From a virus, in the IMG/VR virus record IMGVR_UViG_3300044734_000006, positions 15,088-79,087 of that record: a stretch of 64,000 bases of DNA. One strand, 5' to 3'. A program made the translations under genes and the position numbers. A model generated the notes under the pieces. It did not search any database, was not told the DNA's origin, and saw only the letters and a list, made by a program, of their open reading frames with translations. Position 1 is the first letter of the stretch, and each line of letters begins with the position of its first letter. Below, in pieces: positions 8,995 to 17,735 of the stretch.

Positions 8995-9390
8995 TCAGTA
9001 CTCCTCCCTACGCGCCGATCCTCGACGCCTCATCGACCAGTGCATCCCGAGATAGCAGCCCACGACCAGGAGCACGCCCTGCAACGTAACGGCATGTCGG
9101 AGCGCCATCGTGGCGACGACCGCGGCGCCGATGACGACCAGCAGGCATCCGAGGGCGCTATGTCTTCGCGCATGGGCGGCGTTCCGTCGTGAGTGAACAC
9201 GCTCGATGTACCCCGGCCCGGGCGGGTCGATGACCGTGCGCGAGCGGTTCCGTCCGAAGGTGCGGTGGTACCATTTTGGCCCGACCGTGACGGATGGTCC
9301 GCCGAGGCTGAGGTTGAGGCGTACGCCGGGGAGCACCTTGCGGCGCCACTGCCAGCGTGCGTGCCAGCGACCACGACGGCGCGTCGTCAT
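8995..9390 (-). CDS. DUF4236-like protein with two C-terminal TM helices
   Basis: RRKVLPGVRLNLSLGGPSVTVG...PGPG motif. Confidence 0.75.
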   Translation of the reverse strand: MTTRRRGRWHARWQWRRKVLPGVRLNLSLGGPSVTVGPKWYHRTFGRNRSRTVIDPPGPGYIERVHSRRNAAHARRHSALGCLLVVIGAAVVATMALRHAVTLQGVLLVVGCYLGMHWSMRRRGSARREEY

Positions 9391-9833
9391 GCCGACCGCT
9401 TCGTGGGACGGAGTTCGACAGTTGCACCCTCGGCGCGCAGGGCGTTGACGATGGCTACCGCGTCGCCTGCGTAGATGTCTTCGCGCACCACAACGGGGGC
9501 GGAATCGACCAACTGTAGGGCGCCTCGGAGTTCCATTCCGGGGATCGCCCAGCGGACCTCCTTGATCACGTTGATCTTGCGCGGTCCGACCTGGGTGAGC
9601 ACAACGTCGACACGCTGCTTGCCCGCTGGCTCCACGGTCACCGTGGGCTCGCCCTCCACGTACATGAGCGGGTCGTTCCGGTAGTTCTCGGCGTCGATCG
9701 CAGCCATCTCTTCCGGGTCGGTTTTGCCTCCGTAGTCGGACGGGTTCGCTGTGTACGTCCAGCGGAAGGTGACGGTGGCGACGAGTTCGACCGCTCCGTC
9801 CTCTGGCGTGTGGCTGGGATGCTCGGTCATCAC
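9387..9833 (-). CDS. Ribosomal protein bL12 (L7/L12) C-terminal-domain fusion protein
   Basis: From aa 75: VDVVLTQVGPRKINVIKEVR..GMELRGALQLVDSAPVVVRE..LRAEGATVELR; the N-terminal 74 aa are unrelated to the bL12 NTD. Confidence 0.9.
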   Translation of the reverse strand: MMTEHPSHTPEDGAVELVATVTFRWTYTANPSDYGGKTDPEEMAAIDAENYRNDPLMYVEGEPTVTVEPAGKQRVDVVLTQVGPRKINVIKEVRWAIPGMELRGALQLVDSAPVVVREDIYAGDAVAIVNALRAEGATVELRPTKRSA

Positions 9834-10156
9834 TCGCTCTCCTCTGGCACGTAGGCTCTGGCGCGCGCAGGCAGGTTCACCCCAGGCCGTCCAGCAAGAT
9901 TCAGGCGGTCCTCATGCGCGAAGGTGAGGTCCGAAATCTGTCCGTGACCACGGTCTATCAATACGCGGTGGCCCTGACGTAGTTCGTCGTCCAACCATGC
10001 TCCGCGAGACACCTCGTCGCGCAGCACGTCCGCTATGGTCTGTCCACGCTCCAAAGCCATGCCTGCGAGGAGGCGATAGACGCTCTCGGAGAACTCAACG
10101 GTGAACCTCTCCGCGCTCATGGCGTTTGTACCGGTTTGGAGTTGCTCGGTCATCAC
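9830..10156 (-). CDS. Ribbon-helix-helix (CopG-like) regulator
   Basis: RFTVEFSESVYRLLAGMALERGQTIADVLR. Confidence 0.7.
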   Translation of the reverse strand: MMTEQLQTGTNAMSAERFTVEFSESVYRLLAGMALERGQTIADVLRDEVSRGAWLDDELRQGHRVLIDRGHGQISDLTFAHEDRLNLAGRPGVNLPARARAYVPEESE

Positions 10157-11003
10157 TCACTCTCCCCGGGCATGTAAAGACGGTCCAGGTGCTGGGGCGG
10201 GCTCTCTCCTAGCGCGCTGCTCACTCGGGCCAGCCACACGTGCTTGGTGCCGTACATCCGGAGTCGAGCGCCGTCAGCGTGATCGTGCTCCGATGCCCAT
10301 ACGATCTGTCGACCTTGCTCCAGCAGTCTGCGGTAGTCCTGGACCTCATCTATCAGGGCACCGGCTGCCGCTGGGGAGATGCGTCCCTCACTGTCGACGA
10401 CGATCTTGTCAATGTCGATGCGGTCCGTCATGACCGAGCCCTCCGCGCGATGTACCCCTTGATCGCCATGCTCTCTGCCATGTCCGCGCCTACCTGCGCC
10501 ACCATGCAGTCGGGATGCCACGGCCGTCCGTCACCGTCGTGAGCCGCCGCAGCGTCGTCAAGGCTCACGGCGCACTGCACACACCAGACCCGTACTCGGT
10601 CCGTCATGGCTCGAACACTACGCGCAGGGACAGCTCGCAGTCGTGGCAGACGAGCCAGAACATCTCTGCCGCGGATCGTCGCTTCTCCAGGTAGTGCTTG
10701 CGTCGGCACTCCTCGCAGGTGACCGTGATGGGCTTGGGTGAGCCGGAGGCGGGGGCGTGTGGGCTGGTAGGGCCGACGCCGAACACTCCCCAGCGCGAGT
10801 CGTAGTCGGTCTGCGTGGTCACGCTGTCTCCAGTAGGCTCTGTGCTTGGCGGTCGAACATCGCAGCCCAACCCAGCCGTCCGTCGTCTCGGCGCAGGATG
10901 GTCGCTGTGAGCGCGTCAGCCGTGAGCGTGATGGCGCGTCGGGTTGCCTCGCTCGGGCGGTTGCGGTGAGCGGCAAGGTCCTGGTCGAGTTGCCACGGCG
11001 CGG

Positions 11004-11444
11004 TCATCCACGATCCTCCGTGGGCAGCAGATCGGCGAGGGCGTCGAGGGCGTCGCATGCCTCGTCAAGGCGGGCCAAGGTCGAGTTTTCTGCGAGCTCC
11101 AACGAGATGTGTCCTTGCTGGCGCAGAGTGGCGATCTTGCGCACCACCTCCAGCGTTGCATTCCAATCGTTCCGGTACCGACCGCCGTCCGGGATCCCCA
11201 GCACCTTGGCGAAGTGGGCCTCACGCTCACGCTGGAAAGCGATCGTCTCACGCTGGCTCTCGTTCTCTGCGCGTAGCCTCCGTAACTCCTCCGGGTCGAT
11301 CCACGGCGCGACCGGCACGTCCTTCAGGTTCTCGAATCCACCCGTGCCGAACCCAACTGCCAAGTGCCTGCCGTGGTCCTGCCGGAACACGCATCCGCGC
11401 ACAGCCACAAGGTCGTCCGCCTTGGGGGAGTAGTTCGACGCCAT
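11004..11444 (-). CDS. Hypothetical protein
   Basis: SD GGAGGAG; N-terminus resembles 44046-44369. Confidence 0.65.
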   Translation of the reverse strand: MASNYSPKADDLVAVRGCVFRQDHGRHLAVGFGTGGFENLKDVPVAPWIDPEELRRLRAENESQRETIAFQREREAHFAKVLGIPDGGRYRNDWNATLEVVRKIATLRQQGHISLELAENSTLARLDEACDALDALADLLPTEDRG

Positions 11445-11864
11445 CTCAGTGCTCCTCCACGCAACCGGAACCCTGACGCAGCCTGCCGGCTACCTCCTCC
11501 AGCCACTGCCTGCACGGAAGGCATGTCACGAAGGATCGACGGTGGGTGCTGACGATCGACCGCCCACGAGGTGGGGAATCACAGCCACACGGCGGCCACA
11601 TATGTCCCGACAAGGTGAAGTGCGTCGGCCCCCACTGCATCTCGCGTGCTCCGATATCCATCTCAGTGCACCCCGATGCAGGAGAGAACCAGCAGGGCCA
11701 GCAGGGAGAACGCCAGCCAGCGCGGCATGCCGAGGATCATCGCGTTGGTCCTCCGATAGGTCTGACGCCGAGGCGCGCGGGTGGCGGTGTGCGTCTTGGG
11801 GATCCCGCTCACGACGACGAGCGGACCTACCCTGCGGGCGTGAATCGTGGAGGTGGTTGCCATG

Positions 11865-12086
11865 TCAGAAGATCACCACGATGCCGATGAGCGCCAAGCC
11901 GATGGCGAAGATGGTCGCGCCTGTAGCCAGTGCCTCGGGGTGCGCTCCCATCGGGTCGAACCGGAGCGCGATGTATACGGCTGGCCCAGCGATGTAGAAC
12001 ATCATCCCAGCCAGCGCGAGACACAACTTCCACTGGATCACGTTCGGGTTGCTAAAGGCGTCCATGAACGCCAGCGTCGCTCTCAT
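11865..12086 (-). CDS. Two-TM membrane protein
   Basis: MRATLAF...; two hydrophobic helices. Confidence 0.6.
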   Translation of the reverse strand: MRATLAFMDAFSNPNVIQWKLCLALAGMMFYIAGPAVYIALRFDPMGAHPEALATGATIFAIGLALIGIVVIF

Positions 12087-12087
12087 G

Positions 12088-12621
12088 TCAGCGCACCACC
12101 GTCTTCGACACGGCATCGGCGCCCTTGGCGAACTCCTCGGCCTGCACCTCGGCCAGCTTGCGGAACGCCTCCACGATGGCAGGAGCCATCTCGCAGAACC
12201 GCAGCCGCTCCTCTCCGGTGGCCATGTGCAGGTCGTACATGCCGCCCGGGTTGTACTCGTACATGTTGATGTGCCGACCGACCTGAGATCCGACCGCTCC
12301 CACCACGGGACGGGTGGAGTAAACCGTGCTGTCGATGACGAGAGCGTTGGTCCCATGCTTGTGCGGCTTGTCGTTATCGTCTGTCGGCCACGTCACCCGC
12401 TCCACGCTGGCCGTGACCGTCTCGGATGCGGACCGCTCGTCGCCAACCTCAGCCACCCAGCCCGCCTGCGTCCGGTAGATGGTCACGCTGTCCCCGGAGC
12501 GGAACGGCCCGACGATGGCCGCCGCGATGCGCTCCGTCGCTGCGTCGAGTTCGGCCCGTGCGATCTGCCGTCCCTTCGCCGCAGCGGTCATGTCCACGAT
12601 GGCCTGTGCCAGGTCTGCCAT
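12088..12621 (-). CDS. Hypothetical protein
   Basis: SD GGAGGAGG; 177 aa. Confidence 0.75.
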   Translation of the reverse strand: MADLAQAIVDMTAAAKGRQIARAELDAATERIAAAIVGPFRSGDSVTIYRTQAGWVAEVGDERSASETVTASVERVTWPTDDNDKPHKHGTNALVIDSTVYSTRPVVGAVGSQVGRHINMYEYNPGGMYDLHMATGEERLRFCEMAPAIVEAFRKLAEVQAEEFAKGADAVSKTVVR

Positions 12622-12663
12622 GTCGATGCCTCCTCCCCGGTCGTACTGCCGGGGCCATGTCGG

Positions 12664-12695
12664 GCAGGTGTACTACCTGCTCCGTGCTAGGTCAA
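12664..12695 (-). promoter_or_regulatory. Sigma70-type promoter with an inverted repeat over the -10
   Basis: TTGACC-17-TACACC; GCAGGT-n5-ACCTGC at 12664-12680. Confidence 0.5.
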
Positions 12696-12918
12696 CGCTA
12701 CGCCGTCTTCGACTTGCGCCTCTTGTCGGCTGTCGTGGCACGGCGGACGAGCGCCATGGCGGCGTCCATGTCGTCGAACGCCTCCTGCATCCAACGCTGT
12801 CCCGAGACGGTCACCTTGATGTCACTGCCATCTGTGGCGTGCGACACGGTGATGATTCGTCCTGTGGCGGTGACCGACTCGTAGGCCATCACCCGTCCAC
12901 CGACCGACCGAGTGTCGC

Positions 12919-13116
12919 TCATCTCTGCCCCTCGTCGTCGCGGATGTTCATATAGGTCGGCGCGAAGGTCGGGTGTTCGTGGTGGATGCGGGCCACGTCG
13001 ACCCGGAACTTGCTCACGTCCCGAGCGTCCCATTCGCACCCATCCTGACGGCACGTCGACCGCCAGCCCATGGCCGGGGTTACCGCTGCGCCTTCGAGGA
13101 GACTCTGGTGTGCCAT
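12919..13116 (-). CDS. Leaderless small Zn-binding protein
   Basis: ATG 6 nt after TATCGT; C-x4-C...HH-x-H. Confidence 0.65.
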   Translation of the reverse strand: MAHQSLLEGAAVTPAMGWRSTCRQDGCEWDARDVSKFRVDVARIHHEHPTFAPTYMNIRDDEGQR

Positions 13117-13151
13117 ACCGACACGATACCACGGCATCGGAATGCCGTCAA
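13114..13151 (-). promoter_or_regulatory. Leaderless sigma70-type promoter with palindromic operator, copy 2
   Basis: TTGACG-17-TATCGT-6nt-ATG. Confidence 0.85.
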
Positions 13152-13364
13152 CGGCCGCGACGGCCCCGTGTCCGGAGCCTCCGCAACCTGCGCCCGATCC
13201 GGGTATGGGGACGCTCCGGCGGTCGTCTGAGAACGCCTGCGGTGTAGCGGAGCACGCAGAGGACGCCGAGGACCAGCAGCGCGAGGACGGCGAGGTGGAA
13301 GGCGGTCATCCCCTCAGCATGGCGAGGCAGGGTGTCGCGCCCATGTAACGGATGGCACAGGGGG

Positions 13365-13393
13365 TTGCGGAGTACCTAGTAGCTAGGTATACT
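13365..13393 (+). promoter_or_regulatory. Rightward early promoter with operator
   Basis: TTGCGG-17-TATACT; TACCTAG-n3-CTAGGTA at 13373-13389. Confidence 0.8.
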
Positions 13394-13426
13394 CTAGTCA
13401 TCAGCCAGCCCGCAGGAGACACCGAG

Positions 13427-13627
13427 ATGAGCACCACCACCAAGACCGCCACACCCCGGCCGCGCATCTTCAACTGCCCCGGATCGGGCCAGCGGTGGAC
13501 CGACGAGTACAACCACGACCTCGCCGCACGAGGCGTCATCACCACGACGGAGGCTATCTGCCACCACTGCGGCGACCACCAGTCGGTCAAGCGCGATGGC
13601 ACCTTCTACCGGCATCGCACTCCCTGA
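13427..13627 (+). CDS. Small Zn-finger protein
   Basis: SD AGGAG; CPGSG...CHHC...H. Confidence 0.7.
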   Translation: MSTTTKTATPRPRIFNCPGSGQRWTDEYNHDLAARGVITTTEAICHHCGDHQSVKRDGTFYRHRTP

Positions 13628-13636
13628 CCCTACCCC

Positions 13637-13696
13637 TCCCGTCGCGGGAAGCCTCCCGCCTGAAGGAGAGCCGGACAGCTACCGGCCGAAACGGGA
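13637..13696 (+). ncRNA. Hammerhead ribozyme, type III, with a 1-nt core insertion
   Basis: Stem III UCCCGU/ACGGGA; GUC cleavage triplet (cut after 13643); stem I GCGGGA/UCCCGC; core CUGAAGGA; stem II G(A)GCCGG/CCGGCC; then GAAA; loop-loop AGC/GCU complementarity. Confidence 0.75.
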
Positions 13697-13703
13697 ACAC
13701 GAA

Positions 13704-13868
13704 ATGGACACCGAGATCACCCGTCGCTGCCTCGCCTGCGGAGCCAGCCACACCCGTCTCGGCCTCTGCCCCGGCTGCGAGCGCAAGGCCGAGGAGTACG
13801 CCGTAGGCAGTATCGCCCCGCGCATCCTCGCTGGAATGAGGCGCGAGCGCACGGAGAAGCGAGGATGA
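13704..13868 (+). CDS. Small C4 Zn-finger protein
   Basis: CLAC...CPGC; SD GGGA lies in hammerhead stem III. Confidence 0.65.
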   Translation: MDTEITRRCLACGASHTRLGLCPGCERKAEEYAVGSIAPRILAGMRRERTEKRG

Positions 13869-13987
13869 TGATCATGATTCTGCTGAGCCTCGTGTTGCTG
13901 TCGATGCTGACGGGGCAGCCGTGGTTCCTGCTGGGGCTAGGACTGCTGTATCTAGTGGTGGCACTGCGGATAGTGGGCGCGAAATGA
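13865..13987 (+). CDS. 40-aa membrane peptide
   Basis: MMIMILLSLVLLSMLTGQPWFLLGLGLLYLVVALRIVGAK; ATGA overlaps at both ends. Confidence 0.6.
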   Translation: MMIMILLSLVLLSMLTGQPWFLLGLGLLYLVVALRIVGAK

Positions 13988-14064
13988 GCACCAAGATCAC
14001 GCTGCTGGTGAGCGCCACCGTCCTCGGGTTTTCCGCAGAGGGACGGCGCTGGCGGCGCCGGTAA
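13984..14064 (+). CDS. 26-aa leader ORF running through the twister
   Basis: MSTKITLLVSATVLGFSAEGRRWRRR; ATGA-coupled; its TAA is the predicted twister cleavage site. Confidence 0.45.
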   Translation: MSTKITLLVSATVLGFSAEGRRWRRR

Positions 14065-14104
14065 TGCGCAAGTTCCGGTCCCAAGCCCGGGCGCAAAGGA
14101 GGAT
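14020..14104 (+). ncRNA. Twister ribozyme, type P5
   Basis: GCA-GAGGG; P1 CGGCGC/GCGCCG; U^AA (14062/14063); P2 UGC(G)/(C)GCA; T2 GC; P4/L4 CCGGUCCCAAGCCCGG, matching the O. sativa twister P4/L4 as recalled; P5 GUCCUC/GAGGAU. Confidence 0.8.
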
Positions 14105-14110
14105 CCACCG

Positions 14111-14374
14111 ATGACCGACATCGCCAGGAACGACGCCGTATGGGTGCGACGCACCGAGCCACAACCGTGCTCCTACTGGTTGACCATCGGCGAGCGTCAG
14201 TGGGCCGTCCTGCCCGAGATCGGCGGACATGGCTGGGAGGTGTGTGTCTACGAGCACGACGGCGTGGAGTTCGTAAATGACGCAGCGACGGTCGCCGAGG
14301 GTAAGCGCATCGCTGAACGGGATGCGACTCGGGCGGCAAGAGTGGACGCTGCGCGGATGAGCACAACCCGATGA
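14111..14374 (+). CDS. Hypothetical protein
   Basis: SD AAGGAGG overlaps twister P5. Confidence 0.7.
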   Translation: MTDIARNDAVWVRRTEPQPCSYWLTIGERQWAVLPEIGGHGWEVCVYEHDGVEFVNDAATVAEGKRIAERDATRAARVDAARMSTTR

Positions 14375-14414
14375 CCTTCCCAAGTCTCGGGGAAGCCACA
14401 AGGAGGAACGACCG

Positions 14415-14972
14415 ATGACCGACATCACGGCGACCCGCGGGCTGCCGAAACTCCACCCGCAGATGTACTCCTACCCGGTAGACCACTACCGGATGCTCGC
14501 TGCCCAGCCCGACCGCCTTGACCTCAACCCGCCCTACCAGCGTGGCTCGGTGTGGGGTGTGGAGCGCAAGCGCAACCTCATCAAGTCGTTGCTCATGGGC
14601 CTGCCGGTTGGCGCGGTGTTCCTCAACAGTCGACACATCATGCAGCCCGACAGGGTGGTGGACGGCAAGCAGCGCATCGAGGCCATCCTCGACTTCCTTG
14701 GCGATCGGCTCGCGGTGCCCGCCGTATGGTTCTCCGAGGACGATCTGACTGAGGCGACAGCAGGGCAGTGGGGCAGCGGGAACCTTACCACGGACATGGT
14801 GTCGTACTCCGATCTGACCCTTCCCGTGCAGCGTCGGTTCAACGATTCCACCGTCGCCACATACCAGACCAAGCTCCGCACCGAGGCCGAGGAGCGCGAA
14901 CTGTTCCTGCTCATCAACTACGGCGGGGTGGCGCAGGGCGATATGGACGCCGATGCGGGGGACGGGCGATGA
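14415..14972 (+). CDS. Stand-alone DUF262 (GmrS/ParB-fold) protein
   Basis: PPYQRGSVW, LIKSLLMGLPVG, VVDGKQR, ELFLLIN. Confidence 0.9.
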   Translation: MTDITATRGLPKLHPQMYSYPVDHYRMLAAQPDRLDLNPPYQRGSVWGVERKRNLIKSLLMGLPVGAVFLNSRHIMQPDRVVDGKQRIEAILDFLGDRLAVPAVWFSEDDLTEATAGQWGSGNLTTDMVSYSDLTLPVQRRFNDSTVATYQTKLRTEAEERELFLLINYGGVAQGDMDADAGDGR

Positions 14973-15228
14973 GCACCGACTTCGACGTTGACGCCGAAAT
15001 GGACCGCTCACGTGATGAGAGCAGATGCCTGGACCCGCGCCTTGACGAAGCGTTGGAGCGTATCGGCACACTGGAGAGGCTTGTCAGACGCATGGCGCGT
15101 TCTCTAGCGGGCGACGATGGTGCGGACATCGAGGAGGACGTCCGCATGTCGACAGCCTGCTCGTGCGATCTCGCTGAGTGGGGCAGCCACATCCACGACT
15201 GCCGGTTCGCCCCAGAGGATCGACGCCG

Positions 15229-15501
15229 ATGACCATCCGCCGCGAGTTCCCGCTCGGCATGAAGGAGATCGCAGCCCTCCTCGGCGTGAAGCAGTCCGCA
15301 GTCTGGCAGTGGGAGAAGAACCGCAAACTACCTCCCGAGGACGGCTGGATTAGCGGACGTAAGGGCTGGTGGCGGGCGACCATCTTGGCGTGGGACGCAG
15401 CAGGGAGGCCACGAAGGTCGGCGCCGCTCGCGGAGGCAGGCGTGACTGAGGTTTGCCCAGAGTGCAGCAGTTATCACGATGGTGGACCGTGCGAGTGGTA
15501 A
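15229..15501 (+). CDS. AlpA/excisionase-like HTH protein
   Basis: LGMKEIAALLGVKQSAVWQWEKNRKLPPED...WWRATILAW. Confidence 0.75.
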   Translation: MTIRREFPLGMKEIAALLGVKQSAVWQWEKNRKLPPEDGWISGRKGWWRATILAWDAAGRPRRSAPLAEAGVTEVCPECSSYHDGGPCEW

Positions 15502-15505
15502 GGGA

Positions 15506-15533
15506 TTGACGGACGTGGGCTTATCACTACAAT
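15506..15533 (+). promoter_or_regulatory. Sigma70-type promoter with no downstream gene
   Basis: TTGACG-16-TACAAT. Confidence 0.6.
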
Positions 15534-15580
15534 AGAAGCCACACGGCTATCACGCTCACCGCTGGGAAGTGCAGCGGACC

Positions 15581-15611
15581 AGAGGCCACTCCTAGCGCTG
15601 GAGTGGCCTCT
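15581..15611. terminator. Bidirectional terminator-like hairpin
   Basis: Perfect 12-bp stem AGAGGCCACTCC/GGAGTGGCCTCT between convergent units. Confidence 0.75.
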
Positions 15612-15614
15612 CTG

Positions 15615-17735
15615 CTATCCAGCCCTCCGCTGACCCTTCCAGTGCCTGATCAGGCGGCCCATCTCGGACTCGCTCACGTAGGCACCCTGCATCCGGCGCG
15701 TCTCTCCGTCGTCGTTCAACCGGCAGAGCATGTCTCCGCGGCCCGCCAGTTTCTCCGCTCCCATCTCGTCGAGAATGACGCGGGAGTTCACGCCGCTCGA
15801 GACGCGGAAGGCGATGCGGCTCGGGAAGTTCGCTGTGATGTCCGCGGGGATGAGTTCCGCCGAGGGACGCTGGGTCGCTGCGACAAGGTGGATACCGGCC
15901 GCCCTGGCAAGCTGAGCCAGCCGCTGTAGCGCCTCCTCCACGTCATCCTTTGCCCGGAGCACAAGGTCGGCGAGCTCGTCGATCACCACCACGATCCGGG
16001 GCAGGGGCTCAGCCCTGGTGTTGTGCTGGGCGATGTTCTTCGACCCACTGCCGGCGAGGATTCGGTACCGCTTGTCCATCTCGTCGACCACCTCGCGGAG
16101 CGCCTCCACCGCCTCATCAGCGTCGTTGACGATCGGCCGCAGCAGATGAGGGATTCCAGCGTACCCTTCCAACTCGACCACCTTGGGGTCGATAAGCACG
16201 ATCCGTAGTTGATCCGGGGTGGCCTGCAACAGCAGCGAGGCGAGCAGGACGTTGATGTAGACGGACTTGCCGGAGTTCGTCGCGCCGCCGATCAGCAGGT
16301 GCGGGGTGGTCGTCAGGTCTCCGACCGCGGACTGCCCGGACAGGTCGGCGCCGAGTGCGATGGCCAGCCCGGTACGGGCCACGATGCGGAAGGCCGGGGC
16401 CTGCACGAGCGACCGCAGGGTGACCAGCTGCGCCGCCTTGTTCGGCACCTCGATGCCCACGGCGGCCTTGCCGGGGATCGGCGCTTGGATGCGGATGGTC
16501 GCGGCAAGAGCGAGGGACAGGTCGGTCTGCCGCGTGGTGATGCGCCGGACCGACACGCCGGGGGCAGGCTGCAGGACGTACTGCGTGACCCGTGGGCTGG
16601 GGTTGACCTCGATCACCTTCCCCATGACGCCGAAGGATTCCAGCGTGGATTCGATCAGCGAGCGGGTGTCGCGGATCTCCGCGTCCTGCCGAACGCGGTC
16701 GGTCTTGCCCTCGTCGAGTAGGTCGATGGGGGGCAGGAGCCACTCTGAGTGCCCCGTCTCCAAATCTGGCAAGACCATGAGCGCGGTCTGTCCGGAGTCG
16801 CCAGCTGGATACTGCCCGTCATCCGTGGCGGGTTTTGGAGACTCCGATGGGCGCGGAGGGTTCGCCATGGCCTCTCGCATCGGGCCGGCCAGCCACGGCA
16901 CGCCCTGCCAGTTGCGTCCAGCCTGAGCGGGAGCGTGCGTCTCGTCCTCCGCAGGCTCCTCCGTGTCGCCGCTCTCCTCGCCACGGATCCATCCCCACAG
17001 TCGCTCAGACCGTAGCCCACGCCGCATCCCGTCGCGCATCGCACCGGCCACCACCGGCACATCAAGGTCCACGGCTAGCACCAGGCCGAGGCACGTCAGG
17101 CCGACGAACAGCACCACCGACCACCACGGCCCGACCCAGCCAGCTGCCGAATCCGCCAGCGAACCTCCGACCGACCCTGCCCCGCCCCGCGTCCACGGCA
17201 CCAACGCGGTCAGCCCGAGCAGCCCCGGGATAGCGATGCCCACCCCCGCAGCCGAGGCGTGACCGTGCCCCAGCAGCAACCGAACTCCGACCAGCAGCAG
17301 ACCGGCCACGAGCAGAGCATCCCCGACCACCCCCAGCCAGTCCGTGAGCATCGAGCCCTGCGGGATGAGCAGGAGCGGGATGGAGAGCAGCGCCGCGATG
17401 AGCGCCCCGACGCCGTGCAGGTTGCGCCGCTGGTCGTGGGTGACCTTGGGCGCCTTGGCGGTACGCCTTGCCGGTCGTCTGGTCCGGGTCGCCATCACGC
17501 CTCCTGCGGGAAGGTCGGGGAACTTGCGGCCGTGCTCTTTCTCATGGCACGGACGGCAGAGCACCATGAGGTTCGCACGCCTGCAGTCGTTCGGTCTGCG
17601 GTTCTTGTGGTGAGCCTGTAGCGCCCGATCCGTCTTGCACCGCTTGCATCTCTGGCCTTGGCGAAACTCGCGGCTGAGCTCTTGCCAACAGGGCGGGTAG
17701 TCCGCTCCTGGGTAGACGCGGAACCGTGCAGCCAC
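15615..17735 (-). CDS. ftsK: FtsK/SpoIIIE DNA translocase (TM region plus motor, no gamma domain), in frame with an upstream HNH; internal start at 17495
   Basis: PHLLIGGATNSGKS, LIDPK, VVVIDELADL, ARAAGIHLVAATQRPS, GAEKLAGRGDML. N-terminal CKRC..AHH..NLMVLCRPCH. SD AGGAGG precedes 17498/17495. Confidence 0.93.
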   Translation of the reverse strand: MAARFRVYPGADYPPCWQELSREFRQGQRCKRCKTDRALQAHHKNRRPNDCRRANLMVLCRPCHEKEHGRKFPDLPAGGVMATRTRRPARRTAKAPKVTHDQRRNLHGVGALIAALLSIPLLLIPQGSMLTDWLGVVGDALLVAGLLLVGVRLLLGHGHASAAGVGIAIPGLLGLTALVPWTRGGAGSVGGSLADSAAGWVGPWWSVVLFVGLTCLGLVLAVDLDVPVVAGAMRDGMRRGLRSERLWGWIRGEESGDTEEPAEDETHAPAQAGRNWQGVPWLAGPMREAMANPPRPSESPKPATDDGQYPAGDSGQTALMVLPDLETGHSEWLLPPIDLLDEGKTDRVRQDAEIRDTRSLIESTLESFGVMGKVIEVNPSPRVTQYVLQPAPGVSVRRITTRQTDLSLALAATIRIQAPIPGKAAVGIEVPNKAAQLVTLRSLVQAPAFRIVARTGLAIALGADLSGQSAVGDLTTTPHLLIGGATNSGKSVYINVLLASLLLQATPDQLRIVLIDPKVVELEGYAGIPHLLRPIVNDADEAVEALREVVDEMDKRYRILAGSGSKNIAQHNTRAEPLPRIVVVIDELADLVLRAKDDVEEALQRLAQLARAAGIHLVAATQRPSAELIPADITANFPSRIAFRVSSGVNSRVILDEMGAEKLAGRGDMLCRLNDDGETRRMQGAYVSESEMGRLIRHWKGQRRAG

